NCBI GenBank assembly: GCA_017499595.2
Contig: CM038999.1
Coordinates: 124,001 to 188,000 of the forward strand
Source of the DNA: Psilocybe cubensis
Taxonomy: Eukaryota
DNA: 64,000 nt
Reading direction: 5' to 3'
The translations under genes and the position numbers were made by a program. A model generated the notes under the pieces. That model saw only the letters and a list, made by a program, of their open reading frames with translations. It was not told the origin of the DNA and did no database searches. Below, piece by piece: positions 1 to 13,900 of the stretch (position 1 is its first letter; the number at the start of each line of letters is the position of its first letter).

Positions 1-135
1 TTCCACTAGGAAATCCAGATGTAGATTTGAAATCAATATTACTGGGTAGAGGAACCTGACCAAAACAGAATCAAGTACACCGCAAGAATGCAGCACGAGA
101 TATTCAGTCCTCGACCTCGCGCATACGATGCCCAT

Positions 136-1208
136 GGGCACCAGGAAATCAGCGTGGTTAGCCCGCGTGCGACCTATTTTTGCGTGCCACGCATAAATGT
201 CAATCAGTAAATTTGCGTGTCCTTCATATGACTTTGCGTGCAAAATGCTGGATGTCGCGTGCGCATGATATGTAAATGCGTGCAGCGTCGTTGAAGTACC
301 GTGCTATTTGCGTGCAACACTTTGTATAAAATTCACATGAAGAGTAGTGTATGTTATGCTGTTTTCTGCAAAGAATGTAGTATGTTATGCATCCAGTTGT
401 ACTGAATGATTCATTCTCATCCAGATAAAGCTACTTAATTTAGGGTCTAATAATGTTTTAGCGAGCCTTGATCCATTGTCTTAGCATAAGGGCTCAGCCT
501 ACAAAGCCGAGGCTAGATATTTCTGCCTTTAATTAACAGATCAGCTCAGGTTCAATCTGAAGCCGTTAGGAAAGGCTCAGCTCAGCATCTATGGATTAGG
601 GGCGACATATGTTATTGGATGAAGCTATCAATAGGGATACGGGTTTGGGAGAACATTTTGATACTTACATCTATGCAGGAAGCTAGAGGAAATGGGTAGT
701 TGGAATGTTACTTTAATATATCCTGTTTGCGCTTTAAAACACCCATTCCCATTACAATGTCTAATGTTCGCCTCTTAGAGGAACAGGATTTTAATCCCTT
801 GTATCCTCCATTATTCACTGACTCCTTGCATTAGTAACCGACGGGGTTAGCCACAACAAACTGGAGCGTAAACTCGGGACCGTCGGGGGGAGCGACACCG
901 TTCGTTGTACAAATCCAGGAGATTCAAACCAACAATTCCTATACAATGACGCACTAACACGGTTCCTAAACCCCCTAACCCTACCAAGCACGTCGGCTAA
1001 ACTGATCCACATGGTTTTAAAAATTAAACAACATCGTAAAAAAGAGAATTGAGTACATTACAACCTTACGTGTGACACAACTGTGACATTGCGTGCAGAA
1101 CACATCAATATGCGTGCAGAACATATAGTTGTTGCGCAAAAATGCGTGTCACGCAGGCACACACAAAAACGCACGCACGCGAGCAGCCACGCTGATTTCT
1201 GTATGCCC
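136..1208. mobile_element. Non-autonomous TIR DNA transposon (MULE-like), copy A
   Basis: 9-bp TSD GATGCCCAT at 127-135 and 1209-1217. Imperfect TIRs GGGCACCAGGAAATCAGCGTGG / GGGCATACAGAAATCAGCGTGG (right end, reverse complement). Many subterminal GCGTG/CACGC motifs. No transposase ORF. Confidence 0.85.
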
Positions 1209-2089
1209 GATGCCCATGAGCCACCCACAAACAATCACACTCTCGGTTCTGCCTTTCAGGTAGGGTCAAACCACCCCCGATCCTCTCTTGTACCCCGCCA
1301 CGCCATGGCAGCGCCGCTCAAGCTGTATCGATATGCTACTCCTTGGTGTCACGGTACCGAGTAGCCTATTCTGCATCAGCATTTCACATGCCTCGTCTGC
1401 TGTTAGGCCGGAAGACTATTCGTAGACCGGGGCTGTATGGTCGAAGAAAGCGACGCATGATGGTAGTGTCTGGAGTGCGATTCGTGATACTTGGGAATTG
1501 AGACATGTTGTGAGGGAGCTGTACAGTACAGTACAGGCCAATCACAGCAGAGATAGATTGCACTAACGTTATCAAAGTCATCGTCTGAGGGACGGGGACG
1601 GGGATGGGGGGGAAGTTTAACTGGCGCATTAAATATTACACGCGAACTGCGACTTTGACTCTGAGTAAGGGTCAAGGTTGAATGAAGCATTGGACGGGAA
1701 TTGGAGGTGTAGTGCGTTTTTTTCGGAAAGTGTTTAGCGCTCCAGCGCTCAGCGTTCGTCTCCAGCTCGCACCCCCCGTACCCCCCTAAGCTAACGCCCG
1801 GATATCGGATAATGTGCAAGCCTTGGATCTGGGAGTCAAGTTTTCGCTTTGACTGAACGATTAAATAACAGGATTGTAACACGAATAACAGGATTGGGGC
1901 ACTTGTAATACTCGACAACAGGGATATTTAATGATAAGGTTTTCAGAGGGGCAGGGAGTGATGCGTAGAGCAAGACGAGTCAGCACAAGGAGGGACCGCG
2001 GGATGGAGGACGAGGTGGTGGTTGTGATGGTGAGGCTGAGATAATAGTTTGTGGTACTTTTAGAGAGGTGGTTTATACGGTATTATAAA

Positions 2090-3407
2090 CGGGGAGAGGG
2101 ATGTGATGCGATTCGATTCGATGCGATTCGACGAGCTGCGATTCGATGAAATGCGATCCGATCCGATGAGATGAGATGAGATGAGATGGGATGGGATGAG
2201 AGACCATGCACCATAACCAAGAGGAAGAGCAAATCAGGGAGAGTTTATCATTATCACTCATACCGTCTGGCGCTGAGCGATGAGCGCTGAGCAGGCAATA
2301 TGTGATGCTAGAGAGCAATGCTAGACCGCAGGGACCAGTGAGCAGTGCTAAAGAACAGTGAGCAGGGAACAGCGCTAGTAAGCAGGTAACAGAGAGCAGG
2401 TAACAGAGAGCAGAGAACAGAGCACAGTCAACAGAGGACAGTCAAAAGTGATGCATACGTCCAGCAGTAAAACAGACAAACAGACAAACGACCGCGAGCT
2501 CCCGCGGCGGTGTGGCGGTGTGCCTGCGGTAATTTCCCAGCACGACGAATGACGAATGACGAATGACGAGCGACGAGCGACGAGTGATGAGCAAGGAGAA
2601 ACGAGCGACGAGCGACGAGCGACGAGTGATGAGCGACGAAGGGACGGACTCGCCCTCGACTCGACTCTCAACTCTCGACTCTCGACTCGACGCTCGATTT
2701 TGACTCGACGCTCGATCTCGACTCGACGCTCGAATCGTGATGCTCGACTCGACGCTCGACTCGAATTCGAATTCGAATCTTGACTCCAGACACGACGCAA
2801 CGCACCTGGAAAAAGGCCAATGCAACACAGATTCACAGCGAGACTAGCAAAACAGCAAAATCGCAAAATGGCGCGAGAGCCGCGCGGTGGTGGACCAGTA
2901 TACCATGCTGCTGTTAACAGTTAAGTAGTGTCATCGACTCATGCTGCACGGTGCTACTACCAGAGAGCAGTGCGAAGTGATACTATCAGAGAGCGGTGCG
3001 AAGTGATATTATCAGAGAGCAGTGCGGAGTGATACCACCGGGGAGCAGTGCGCAGTGGTGGAAGGAAGGAATGAAGCAGCGAACGCGGACACGGGCGAGG
3101 GCGCGGTGGGCGCGGGGTTATCCCGGCGGGTGAGAGCGAGGCCTGAGTACCGAGCACTGAGCACTGAGCACTGAGTACTTAGGACAGAGGCCTGAGGCCT
3201 GAGGACTAAGTACTGAGTACTGAGGACTGAGGAATGAGGACTGAGGAATGAGGACAGAGGACAGAGCACTGAGTACTGAGTACTTAGGACAGAGGCCTGA
3301 GGGCTAAGTACTGAATACTGAATACTGAATACTGAGGAGTGAGGAGCGAGGACTGAGAAGAGGAGAGCAACATGAAGGCCACAGTGAAGATCAAGGTCAA
3401 GCTCAAA

Positions 3408-3457
<50 letters not shown>

Positions 3458-4915
3458 CAATGTACACGTGTGAACGTGGATGTGAGGCGGATCTAGACGT
3501 GGCTCTCCTCGCCTCGCCTCTCCTCGACACAGACTCGACTCGACTCGACGCGACGCGACACGCACACGACTCGACAGATGCATGAGCAATGTTGAGGATG
3601 ATAAAGCTCGACTTTGTAAGGGAAGCCAGAAAGCAAGGAAAGACAAGGAAAGACAAGGAAACGGAGGAAGGAAGGAAACGCATGAAACGCAAGGGAAAGG
3701 AAACGTGAGGAAGGAAGGAAACGCAAGAAACGCAAGAAACGCAAGAAACGCAAGGGAAAGAAAACGCAAGGGAAAAGACGAAAAAGAAAGAAATTCAAGA
3801 AATTCAAGAAAACGCAAGAAAACGCAAGAAAACGCGAGGGAAAAGGAACCACAAGGGAAAGAAAACGCAAGGGAAATGCAAGAAGCGCAAGAAAAAGCTA
3901 CAGAAAAGTCGCAGGCGAGAAAGAGCATGAGAACCCGCAACACAACACACCGCAACACCGCAACGCAACACCGCTACACTGCCGATGACAACACTGCTAC
4001 ACTGCCGATGACAAATACAGCGACAACGACAGCGACACGACCTGACGTGGACATGCGACATGCGAAACCCGTCGATCAGAAGTTCCAGCTCTGCACCCAC
4101 TTAACTGAACTTAACTGAACTGAATGGAGTGGGTGTGGTGTGGTGGTTGTCTTGTCAGCGTTGTCATCATCCAGTCCGTGACCATGTCCGAGTCCGAGTC
4201 CGAGTCCGTGCAGTGTGAGAATGGATTACGGGTAGAGAATTGGGAAGATATATTTGGGAATGCTTATGGTATGGGTATGGGGGGAGCGGAGGCTCGGGGC
4301 ATTGGGCGAAGCTCGGTGGATGATCATGATCATGATCGCTGAACGTGGGCATGCTGTGTAATGCATCGGCGAACGGCGTAAGACTAAGACTAAGAGGAAA
4401 AAGTAGTATGGACAGGAATAGCGCGGCGCGGTCGCCGAGTTAGTTTGAGGATGGGGGATGGGTGTAGGAAGGAAGGAAAGGAAAGGAAAGGAAGGTTGGA
4501 TGGTTGAGCAGTGCAGTGCAGTTGTCTGTTGTCTGTTGTCTGTTGTCTGTTGTCTGTTGTCACCTCGACTCTGGACTGCTTCGTCGCCGCTGACGATGAT
4601 CACCATCACCATCACAAACACACCACCAACAACAACCACTATAGTATAAGCTAGTCTATTAGACAAAGAACTCGACTCGGCGACAAGGCGGGCTATTCCT
4701 GCATTGCGTTCTTGCGTCACCACCTTCCTCATCCAGCCCAAATCCGCGTGAAAATCGAGATCGAGAGGAGATTTGCGTGAAATGGAGGTGTGGGAATGGG
4801 TGTACGGAATATGAATTATCATTATCATTATGGATTATGGATTATCATTATCATTATCATTATGGATTATGATTATGATTATGATTATGATTATGATTAT
4901 GATTATGGATTATGA
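2090..4915. repeat. Mosaic of short tandem repeats upstream of the G-alpha gene
   Basis: Consecutive arrays such as (GATGA)n, (CGAGCGA)n, (CTCGA)n, (CTGAGTA/CTGAGCA)n, (AAGGTC)n, (AAACGCAAG)n and (TTATGA)n. Confidence 0.9.
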
Positions 4916-5604
4916 ATTTGTGAATTAGTGCGTTCCTGGGGTAGGCGGTACTTGGCGCGGGCGCCGGAGGTGGGTAAGGAGAGGTGAGGAGAGATGAGGC
5001 GCGTTTCAACTTGGCGCTGCGACGTTCCGATGGGCGTCGGGATCCGGGATGGGTGGGACATTGGACAAGGAGAGCGGGTGTGCGTTGATATTAATAGCAA
5101 GCAGGGCGGCGTGCGCGGGGAGGTTCGAGCCAAGGCAAGGCCAAATAGGGGAATCAATATGTAGCGATGGAGACGCAATCCAAAAGCAGCGCAAATAGGG
5201 GCCCAAAAACCCACGCGTGATCAATTGATGGCGGGGACGGTAAAAAATTTCACAAAGCCGGTGTTTGTTTGTCTGTGACCTTTTGTCATTTTTTTCGCCT
5301 CTTCTCGGCGGGGGCGTGATTCGTTTCTTTTTCTTTCCCAGCCTTTCTTTGGTTGTTGTTGCCCTTGCGGTTGTTTGTCTCTCTCTCTCTCCCCTCCGCG
5401 ACTGACTGACTCCTCCACCCATCCGCCCGTTCATTCCTTTGTCTTTTATTAATTATCTACCCTTTATACCTACCTACAAACCACAACCCCTCCACCCCTC
5501 CGTTCGACGTTCGACGCTGTCCTCGCCGACGACCACAAGAACAACACACACTTAATTCCGGCGCATCCTTTCATACTCTTTTACCTTGACAACCACATAG
5601 CGAG

Positions 5605-8600
5605 ATGGGTTGCGTACAATCTACCGGTGTCGACGATGAGGCCAAGGCCCGTGAGTCCTCTCTTTCCTTGCTCCTCGCCGTCTCCATTACTGCTCTCCAA
5701 CAACCTCACCCTCACCACCTCCTGACGACGATGCTGACTCCACCCTCTGCTCGCAGGCAACGACGAGATCGAGAACCAGCTCAAGCGGGACAGGCTAATG
5801 GCGAAGAACGAGATCAAGATGCTCCTCCTGGGCGCGGGTGAATCGGGCAAGGTTCGTCCCTCCTCCTCCTCCCTGTCTCTCTCCCGCTTCCTCCTTCTGT
5901 TTTCCGCTTCCCCCTTCCCCTCTTTTGTTCTGTTCTTTCATGCCTCACCGGCACCCCTTGTTGCTCTGGCTTCTGGCTTCTCTTCGTTGGGTGCCATGTC
6001 ACATTATGTCATTTCATTTCATTTCGTTTTGTTCTGATCTGATTGTTGTATGGTTCGACTTTTTTTCCCATCATCTTTCATTCATTCATTCATTGCGTTG
6101 CCTTTCGTTTGTTTTTCCTTCTATTTTTCTCTTCTCTTTTTTTCGCACAATCGAGCTATTGCACATGCAACTCAACCAGGCGGGGGAAATGAAGTGGGTC
6201 CGCACGCCCGCCCGCTCCCGCCCCGCGCCGCCTGACGTGGCGGGGTTACACCGCCCATACCCATACCTACCCATGTCCATGCCCGTAACCCTCTCCACCT
6301 CCGCGCCCGCCCTGTGTCCTCCCCTCCCCCGCCCTCTCTCCCCTCTCCCCTCTTCCCCCTCCACTCTCCTGCCATCCAAAATCCAAAACCAACACCAAAG
6401 CCAAAGCTCGTTCTCCCCCCGCACACTGGACCGCACCTGTCCATACTCCGACTGTACAATGTACCGGACCCTCCCTCCCCTGACGTTGATGGTGATGGTG
6501 ATGGTCGGCTGCTCAGGGGTTGTTCGGGATGTCCACGGGCACGCGCGGGCGCGGGCACGGGCACAGGGCGGGATATGGACGGGTATACGTGGGTTCCGGG
6601 TCCGGCTTTTGAGTCGCCGTGCGCACCGCCTTGGATGTGCCTCTGCCTCCTCCTGAACTCCGGCTTGTGGTTATGTGTTGTGGGTTGTGGGTTGCGGTTG
6701 TGCTCGTGCATTTTCGCTCCATTTTTTGTGCCTCATTTTTTGGCTCCTTTTTTGATTTTTTGATTTTTTTGGTTTTTTTTTTTTGATCTTTTCGAGTTTG
6801 GTGGTTTCTGGGAATGGACGGGTACACGGCGCTGCGCTGTACTGCGATACTCTGCAACTGCGACGGCGCTTGCGCTTGCGCTTGGTGGGGTACTGGCGCT
6901 CGTAACTCGCACTCGTACTCCTGACTGTGACCCCTATCTATGCATGTGATAGTGATACTCCTACCCTAGCGCCTGGCATAGCGCCTAGTGCCGGGCTAGT
7001 CTCAATACGCTAGGCTGCTCCCGCTTCTTACTTCTTCGTTTGCTTGCTTCGTTGCTTCCTTCGTTTGCTTCGTTTGATTCGTTTGCTTTGTATGCTTCGT
7101 TTGCTTCGTTTGATTCGTTTGCTTCGTTTGATTCGTTTGATTCGGTGCTTGGTTGCGTGCTTCGTGCTTCCGTTGCCACCGCCTCCATTCGGTTCCGTTG
7201 GTCCTTTGTCACTTCTTGTATTCTGTTCTTTGATTTCCTTGATTTCTTCATTTGATTCCGTCACTTTTCTTTCATTCATCTCTTTGATTTTTCGTTGATG
7301 GATGCGGCGTGGTGGTTGCGCTATGCTGCGTGCGTTACGTTGCCTCACCTCACCTTACCTCACCTTACCTTGCCTTATTCCTTTTTCACTGTTCACTTTC
7401 CGCTTTCCGCTTCCGCTTTCCGCCTTTTACTTTCCTTTTGCATTACATTGCACTGCATCACATCACATCACATTGCAATGCGTTATTTTTCGCCACTGTT
7501 CGCTCGTGCTCTTAGGAGCTATATGGAGCCCAAGTGGGTACTGGGCACTTGTTGGTTGCCGGGGTAGTGTGCTACCTGTCCGTGATGCGATGTGATGCGA
7601 TGTGATGTGATGTGATGTGATGTGATGGAGGGTGATCTTTGATGAAACAACCGTAGACGGGTGACGGGTGACGGGGATGACTGATGCAAATGCAGATGCA
7701 CCCCGGCGACTTGTTTTTTGTGGACTCTTTGCACCCGCTTGTGGTTGGGGTCTTTTTTGATGGGTTTTGATGGTTTTTTGGTCTTTTGTTGTTTTTTGCC
7801 TTTTTGTTGCCTTTTGTTGATTTTTGCCTTTTTGCTGCTTTTTGCTGTTTTTGATTGGGCAGTTTTGATCTTTTTTACTTTTGCCCGCTTTTAACATTTT
7901 TTCACTTTTACCCACTTTTGACCTTCCTTGACCGGGCCCGGGTATCCTCCACCTGCTCCTGCTCCACCGACCTCCATGATGCGCCCGAAAATACATACGA
8001 CTAACACACGTGCTTTGTTATTTTAATAGTCGACGGTGCTCAAGCAGATGAAGCTGATCCATCATGGCGGATACAACGACAATGAGAGGGACTCTTACAA
8101 GGAAATTATCTTTTCCAATACTATCCAATCCATGCGGTGCGTGCCTTCCTTCTCCCTCCAACAACTTCAAAGCGTACTGACATCGACACCAGCGCAATCC
8201 TCGAAGCGATGCCCCAGCTGGACCTCGCACTGGCCCCGCAGAACGACGCGCGCCGCGCCACGATCCTCGCGCTCCCCGCCCAGATCGAAGCCGAAGTCCT
8301 CCCACGCGACGTAGCCGACGCCGTCCGCGCGCTCTGGCGCGATCCCTCCGTGCAAGAAGCCGTCCGCCGCTCGCGCGAATTCCAGCTCAACGATTCCGCC
8401 GTATACTATTTCTCCAGCATCGATAGGATGGCGGCGGCCAATTATATGCCGACTGATCAGGATATTCTGCGGAGCAGGGTGAAGACGACGGGGATCACGG
8501 AGACGACGTTTAAGGTTGGGGAGTTGACGTATAAGCTGTTTGATGTGGGTGGGCAGAGGAGTGAGAGGAAGAAGTGGATACATTGTTTTGAGAATGTGAC

Positions 8601-9272
8601 GGCGCTTGTGTTTTTGGTTAGTTTGAGCGAGTATGATCAGATGTTGTATGAGGATGAGAGTGTGGTATGTTCCTTCCCTTTCCTTTCCCTCCGCTGTTCG
8701 CTGTTGGCTGTTCGCTAGCTCACTACCACTCAACACACAGAACCGCATGCAAGAAGCACTCACCCTCTTCGACTCCATCTGCAACTCGCGCTGGTTCGTC
8801 AAAACATCCATAATCCTCTTCCTCAACAAAATCGACCTCTTCGCCGAAAAACTGCCCCGCTCACCACTCGAAGAGTACTTCCCCGATTACACGGGCGGGA
8901 ACAACTATGATGCCGCGTGTGATTATTTGTTGCATCGGTTTGTTAGTTTGAATCAGAGTGCGGCGACCAAGCAGATTTATGCGCATTATACTTGTGCGAC
9001 TGATACGCAGCAGATTAAGTGTGAGTTGTTCACTCTATCTTTTTACTTTTTTATTTTTGGTTGGGGTTTTTTCTTTGGGGTGGGGGAGGGATAGGAGGGG
9101 CGGGTGTATGTATGCGACGCCTTCCCTCTCCCTCTCGATTTCTTTTTCTTTTTCTTTTCTGATGTGATTGAACGAACGCTGACTTTGATCTCTCTCTACC
9201 ATTACAGTCGTGCTGAGCGCTATCCAGGATATCCTCCTCCAGCTGCACCTGCGCGAGTGCGGGCTGCTGTAA
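5605..9272 (+). CDS. gpa1: Heterotrimeric G-protein alpha subunit, fungal class I (Gi-like), 354 aa
   Basis: Exons 5605-5650, 5757-5851, 8030-8136, 8193-8664, 8741-9020 and 9208-9272 join in frame (1065 nt) through GT-AG introns. N-terminal MGC lipidation motif, GAGESGKST P-loop, RVKTTG, DVGGQR, NKID, TCAT and C-terminal CGLL. The symbol varies among fungi (gna-1/fadA class). Confidence 0.97.
5852..8029 (+). other. 2178-nt intron 2 of the G-alpha gene
   Basis: GTTCGT donor after ...GGCAAG, branch point GACTAAC at ~7999-8005, and TAG acceptor before TCGACG. It splits GAGESGK|ST. Confidence 0.9.
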
Positions 9273-10730
9273 GTTGCGTCGTGGCTCGTGCGTCGTGGCT
9301 CGGTCGTCGTGCGTCGTGGCTCGGTTCGTCGTGCGTTTTTGATTGGTCGTCGGTTCGGTTCGTCGTGCATCGTGCGTCGGTTCGTCGTCGTCGTTGTCGT
9401 TGTTTTTTTGGTAGTTTTGATCTTTGGATCTTTTGGATACCGATATGCAATTGGATTTGGAAAATCTTAATTTTTTTTTTTCTTTTTTTTCTTGTGTGGA
9501 AGTGACTTTGACTTTGTTGACTTTGTTGACCTCGTTCTCGTCGTCGTCGTCGTCGTCGTTTCTATACCGTGCCGTGCCATATCGAAACCCATGCCCGTAC
9601 CATTGCTATTGACTTTGACGTTGATGTTGATGTTGATGTGTTTGACTGAACGATTCCGATTCTCGTTTCTCTTTTCCGATACCGTTTCCGATACCGATGT
9701 CGATAGTGTCACACCGCCCCCGCACCCCCCCCGCAACTTGTTAGTGTTCCTGTTAGCATTAGGATCGTATATAGCATTCTCATTCTCGTATCATCTGCAT
9801 CGTTTGTCTCTTTTCTTTTTTTTTTTTTTACTTTTTCACTTCATGTTCAACTTTTGACTTTTTTGTTTGTTTGTGGTGTCGTATGTGCACCCCCTCCCCT
9901 CCCACTCCCTCTCTATTTCCGGCTTATCTCTCCTCTCCTCTCCTCTCTGTCACGGCTACTCCACGCTCCGTACACGCTCCGTACACGCCACACACACACG
10001 CCACACACACCCGCTCTACGCTCCAATCCACGCTCCACGCCCCGCCACGCTCCTACGTCCCCACGTCCCTCTGTCCCTTCAGTGACCCCGTCCTGTCCTA
10101 TCCTGTTCTATCTCAATCTTGTCTGTCCTGTTTTTTTGTCTGTCTGTCTTGGCTACGATCGTGATATACCTCTTCACCTTTCACTTTTTTTTTCTTTTAC
10201 CTCATCACTGTTACCTTTTTTCTTTTACTCGTTGACTTTAGCTTTTACTTTTAGCGTTTACTTTTTACTTTTTACGTTTTATCTACTTGGTACACTTTTA
10301 CACAACACACTTTGTTTGTTGGTTTGTTTCTTTTTTTATCTAACTACGGTTTTGATTTTTCCTCCTTTTTTTTGAGCTTTGATTTTTGAGTTTGAATCTT
10401 TTTGAGTTGATGTGAGTGGGGTTTGTGGGGAGAGTAAGAATGAGTGTGTCTGGGTTCGTTGTGTACGAATCGCGATTCTTGGATGTTGCCGCGTTACCTT
10501 GCGTTGTGTTGCACTGTTGGCGGCGTTGACTTTTTTTTTTTTTTTTGTTTTGCGTGGCCTTTTTGATACCCATACCCCCTGCCTCTGCCCTGCCTGTCTT
10601 CTCTGGTCATTTCTTGTCTTTTACTCTGCGTCTGCGTTTTTGCTTCACGATTGCGATCCACGACCACTGCGTCAGCGTCAGTGTCTGCATCTGCCGCCTC
10701 TACGTCCACGTAACGTACGCGTACGCGTAC
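9273..10730. repeat. Low-complexity/microsatellite 3' flank of G-alpha (continues at 17157-17730 after the retrotransposon)
   Basis: (CGT)n, poly-T, (CGTACG)n, (GTGTC)n and (CACGGA)n arrays on both sides of the LTR element. Confidence 0.8.
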
Positions 10731-10903
10731 TGTTAGGAGGAGACCCGGAGACGAGGCGGGAGAGAGAGACGAAGGACCAGAACGTGTTGGGTGTGCTAAC
10801 AAAGAAGGAACTGAGGCTACGTAGCTACGGGTGTGTCTACAAATACTGTGTGATATGTGACTACAGGCACGTGTGTGTGTCTACGTTAGAGGGAACTCTA
10901 ACA
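10731..10903 (-). repeat. 3' LTR
   Basis: TGTTAG...CTAACA. Reads identical to 16984-17156. Preceded on the minus strand by the polypurine tract AAGAGGGGGGTGA (10904-10916). Confidence 0.95.
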
Positions 10904-10914
10904 TCACCCCCCTC

Positions 10915-13900
10915 TTAAAGGTGGGCGTCCGGGATGTTGTGGAGGCGTATGTAATTGTTTAGTACTTCAGAGTTAGGGAAGGATGAGTGGCTTGACCACG
11001 AAGCGTCTTCCTCTGTGCAGCCATCGAGCAGCACGAGGAACTGTGTTCCACTGCGCAGGGCCCTGTGGCCGAGCACACTTGCAATGTCTGGGGGTGGTAA
11101 CGCGGGGGGAGGTGTTGGTGTCGCGGGTGAAGTTTGGGAATCGAATTCTGCTGGTATGAAACGGGAGAGTTTAGAGACATGGAAAGTAGGGTGGATCGAC
11201 CACGAGGCCGGTAGGTCGAGGGTGTAAGACTGGATGCCAACGCGTTTCGTCACAGGAAAAGGTCCGTGACGCTTAACATCGAGCTTTTTAGACGGACGTG
11301 AGGACTTGATGTCGGAGGCGCTGAGCATCACCATGTCGCCAACATTGAAGACGGGTGGAGCGCGGTGAGAGGTGTCATAGGATCGCTTCATTGCATCAGC
11401 GGCGAGGTTTAGCGCTGAAGCGGATTCCTTCGCGAGGGAATCCATTTGAGAGGCGAATTCAAGAGCTTTGGGGACACGGTCGTCCGAGAGGCGTGCGGGT
11501 TGCAGGGTTCGGCGGGGGTTGGAGCCATAGTTTAGGAAGAAGGGCGAGAAGCCAGTGGACGAGTGAATCTTATTGTTGATAGCAAATTCGGCGCATGCAA
11601 GCCATTCCACCCAATCATTTTGCCTGTTATTCACAAAGATCCGTAGGTATTGTTCGATTTCTTGATTGACGCGCTCAGTTTGTCCGTCTGTTTGAGGTCG
11701 AAATGCGGTGGACGCGTTCTGTGAAATGCCTAGCAGGTCGTTGAGGGCCCGAGTAAAGTTTGACAGGAAGATTGAACCACGGTCGGAGATGATGCGTCGT
11801 GGCAGTCCGAAGTCTTTCCAGACATGGTCGCGGAAGAGGCGCGCGAGACCCTCAGAAGTGATTGACTTTTTGCATGGGATGATACGAACCATTTTTGAGA
11901 GTCTATCGACGACGACAAAGATCGAATCGAAGCCGCGAGATTTAGGTAAGTCCACGATGAGATCACAGGAAATGATCTCCCAATTGGAGGAAGGGATTTC
12001 GTTGGGGGTCAGTAGGCCCGCGGGCGCCATCCTCAGAGGCTTAGTTGATTGACAGGTGGGGCATCCATCAACGTAACGCTTCGCGTCTTTTGATAGTGAC
12101 GGCCACCAATAGTCGCGCAGGACGAGTTCCATGGTCTTCATCCGGCCAGGGTGGCCTACGGATTGGTGATCATGACAGTCGGCGAGTATTCGTTGACGCA
12201 AGTTGCCTTTGTTTGGCACAAAGATTCGGTTATGCCATGAAAGCAAGCCGTCGTGGAGGGACCAGCCAGGCAGGTTCTTGTGCTTTTCCCACATTTCAGT
12301 GATTTGGTGCTGGTGAGTTCGAATGTCAGCCAGGACGGGGTCATCCCCAATTGAGCATTCAGCAGTACGTCGAATGTGTTCTGGGCGCAGTAAGGTGACG
12401 TTTTCGTTGTCGCCAACACCTTTATCGTAGTCGGGGCGGCGGGACAACGAGTCTGCGCAGATCATGGTCGGGCCTGGCTTGTGGACGAGTACGAAATCGA
12501 ATTCAGCGAGCTGCAGGGACCAGCGAGCCTGACGACGGTTCAATTTCTGAGCGGTCATGAAATACTGAAGGTTCTTGTGATCGGTGTGGATCTCAACAGG
12601 AGAATCGGAGCCGTGGAGGTAGCGTCGCCAGTCATCGAGAGACCTCATGATTGACAGTAGTTCGCGGTCATGTATCTCGTAGTTGCGCTCAACGGGACTG
12701 AGGGCTTTTGAAGCAAACGCGACCGGTTGCCAGGAATTGTCAACAAATTGGCTGAGCACCGCGCCGGTTGCGTATCCAGAGCTGTCTGCCTCTATGCGGA
12801 ATGGGGCACCGTCGCGGGGAAGAAGTAGCACCGGGTGTGAAGCGCAGGCGGATTTGAGCTCGTTGAAGGCGGATGTTGACAAATTGTCCCATACCCAAGG
12901 CGCCGAACCACCCAGGGCATGCAGGGGAGCGGCAATGCGGGAGAAGTTCTTGATAAACCTACGGTAGAAGTTGACGAAACCGAGGAACTGTTGGACGTCC
13001 TTACGACAGCGCGGGATTGGCCAAGAGGTGATAGCGTCAACTTTCTTGGGATCCATGGACATTTTCCCGTGGCCGACAATGACGCCCAAGTATTCCACAC
13101 GGTCCTGCTCAAAACAGCACTTTTCTGGCCGCAGATAAAGCTTGTTGTCCTCCAGAATCTGCAAGACATTGCGGACAAGATGTCGATGGGACTGGACATC
13201 ATCAGTGAAGATGAGGATGTCATCCATATATATCACGACATGGCCGCCAGCAATGAGATCCTTGAACAGATCGTTCATCATATTCTGGAAGGTAGCTGGT
13301 GAGTTTGTCAATCCAAAGAACATTACAAGAGGCTCAAAAAGTCCAAACTCCGTGATAAAGGCAGCCTTGTGCTCATCGCCTTCCCTGATACGAATGTTAT
13401 TGAAACCCCAGCGGACGTCAAGTTTGGTGAATACTTTCGCGCCTTTAAGCTTGTCCATGAGGTCAGAGATGAGCGGCAATGGATAGCGGTTCTTGATCGT
13501 GATATCGTTCAGGCGTCGGTAGTCTTGCACAGGGCGCAGTGAGCCATCCTTTTTCTGGATGAAGAAGAAAGGGGCGGCATAGGGAGAGATGGAGTCCCGT
13601 ATACGGCCAGTGCGTTTTTCCTCTTCTATCCATTCCTTGACCTTCGAGGTTTCAGCGGGCGACAGACGGTACGGCTTTGCTTTGAACGACTTTGCATCTG
13701 GTTTCAGGTTAATAGCATGATCCCATGGGCGACGGGGTGGGAGCTCGTCAAACTCCTCTTTGGAGAAAACAGGTGCAAATTCCTTCAGGTAGCGGTCGGG
13801 ATATGAAGCTGCTTCACGTTGAGTTCGCAAAAAGTGAGAAATGCGGTGGTCGCATGAGCCATGGACTTGTTCGGACGTGAACTCATTGAGGTCAACCGCG

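Noticed and set aside
2375-4828. Long ORFs on both strands (for example 3012-3692, 3284-3958, 3582-4118)
   Set aside because: They are translations of microsatellites (DLDLDL, RNARNA) that lack stops by composition, with no domain signal.
5141-5219. Repeated CAAATAGGGG and an ACGCGT upstream of G-alpha as MADS/MCB sites
   Set aside because: Short and imperfect, so expected by chance without comparative data.
5838-7996. ORFs inside G-alpha intron 2
   Set aside because: Low-complexity sequence that lies within a well-defined intron.
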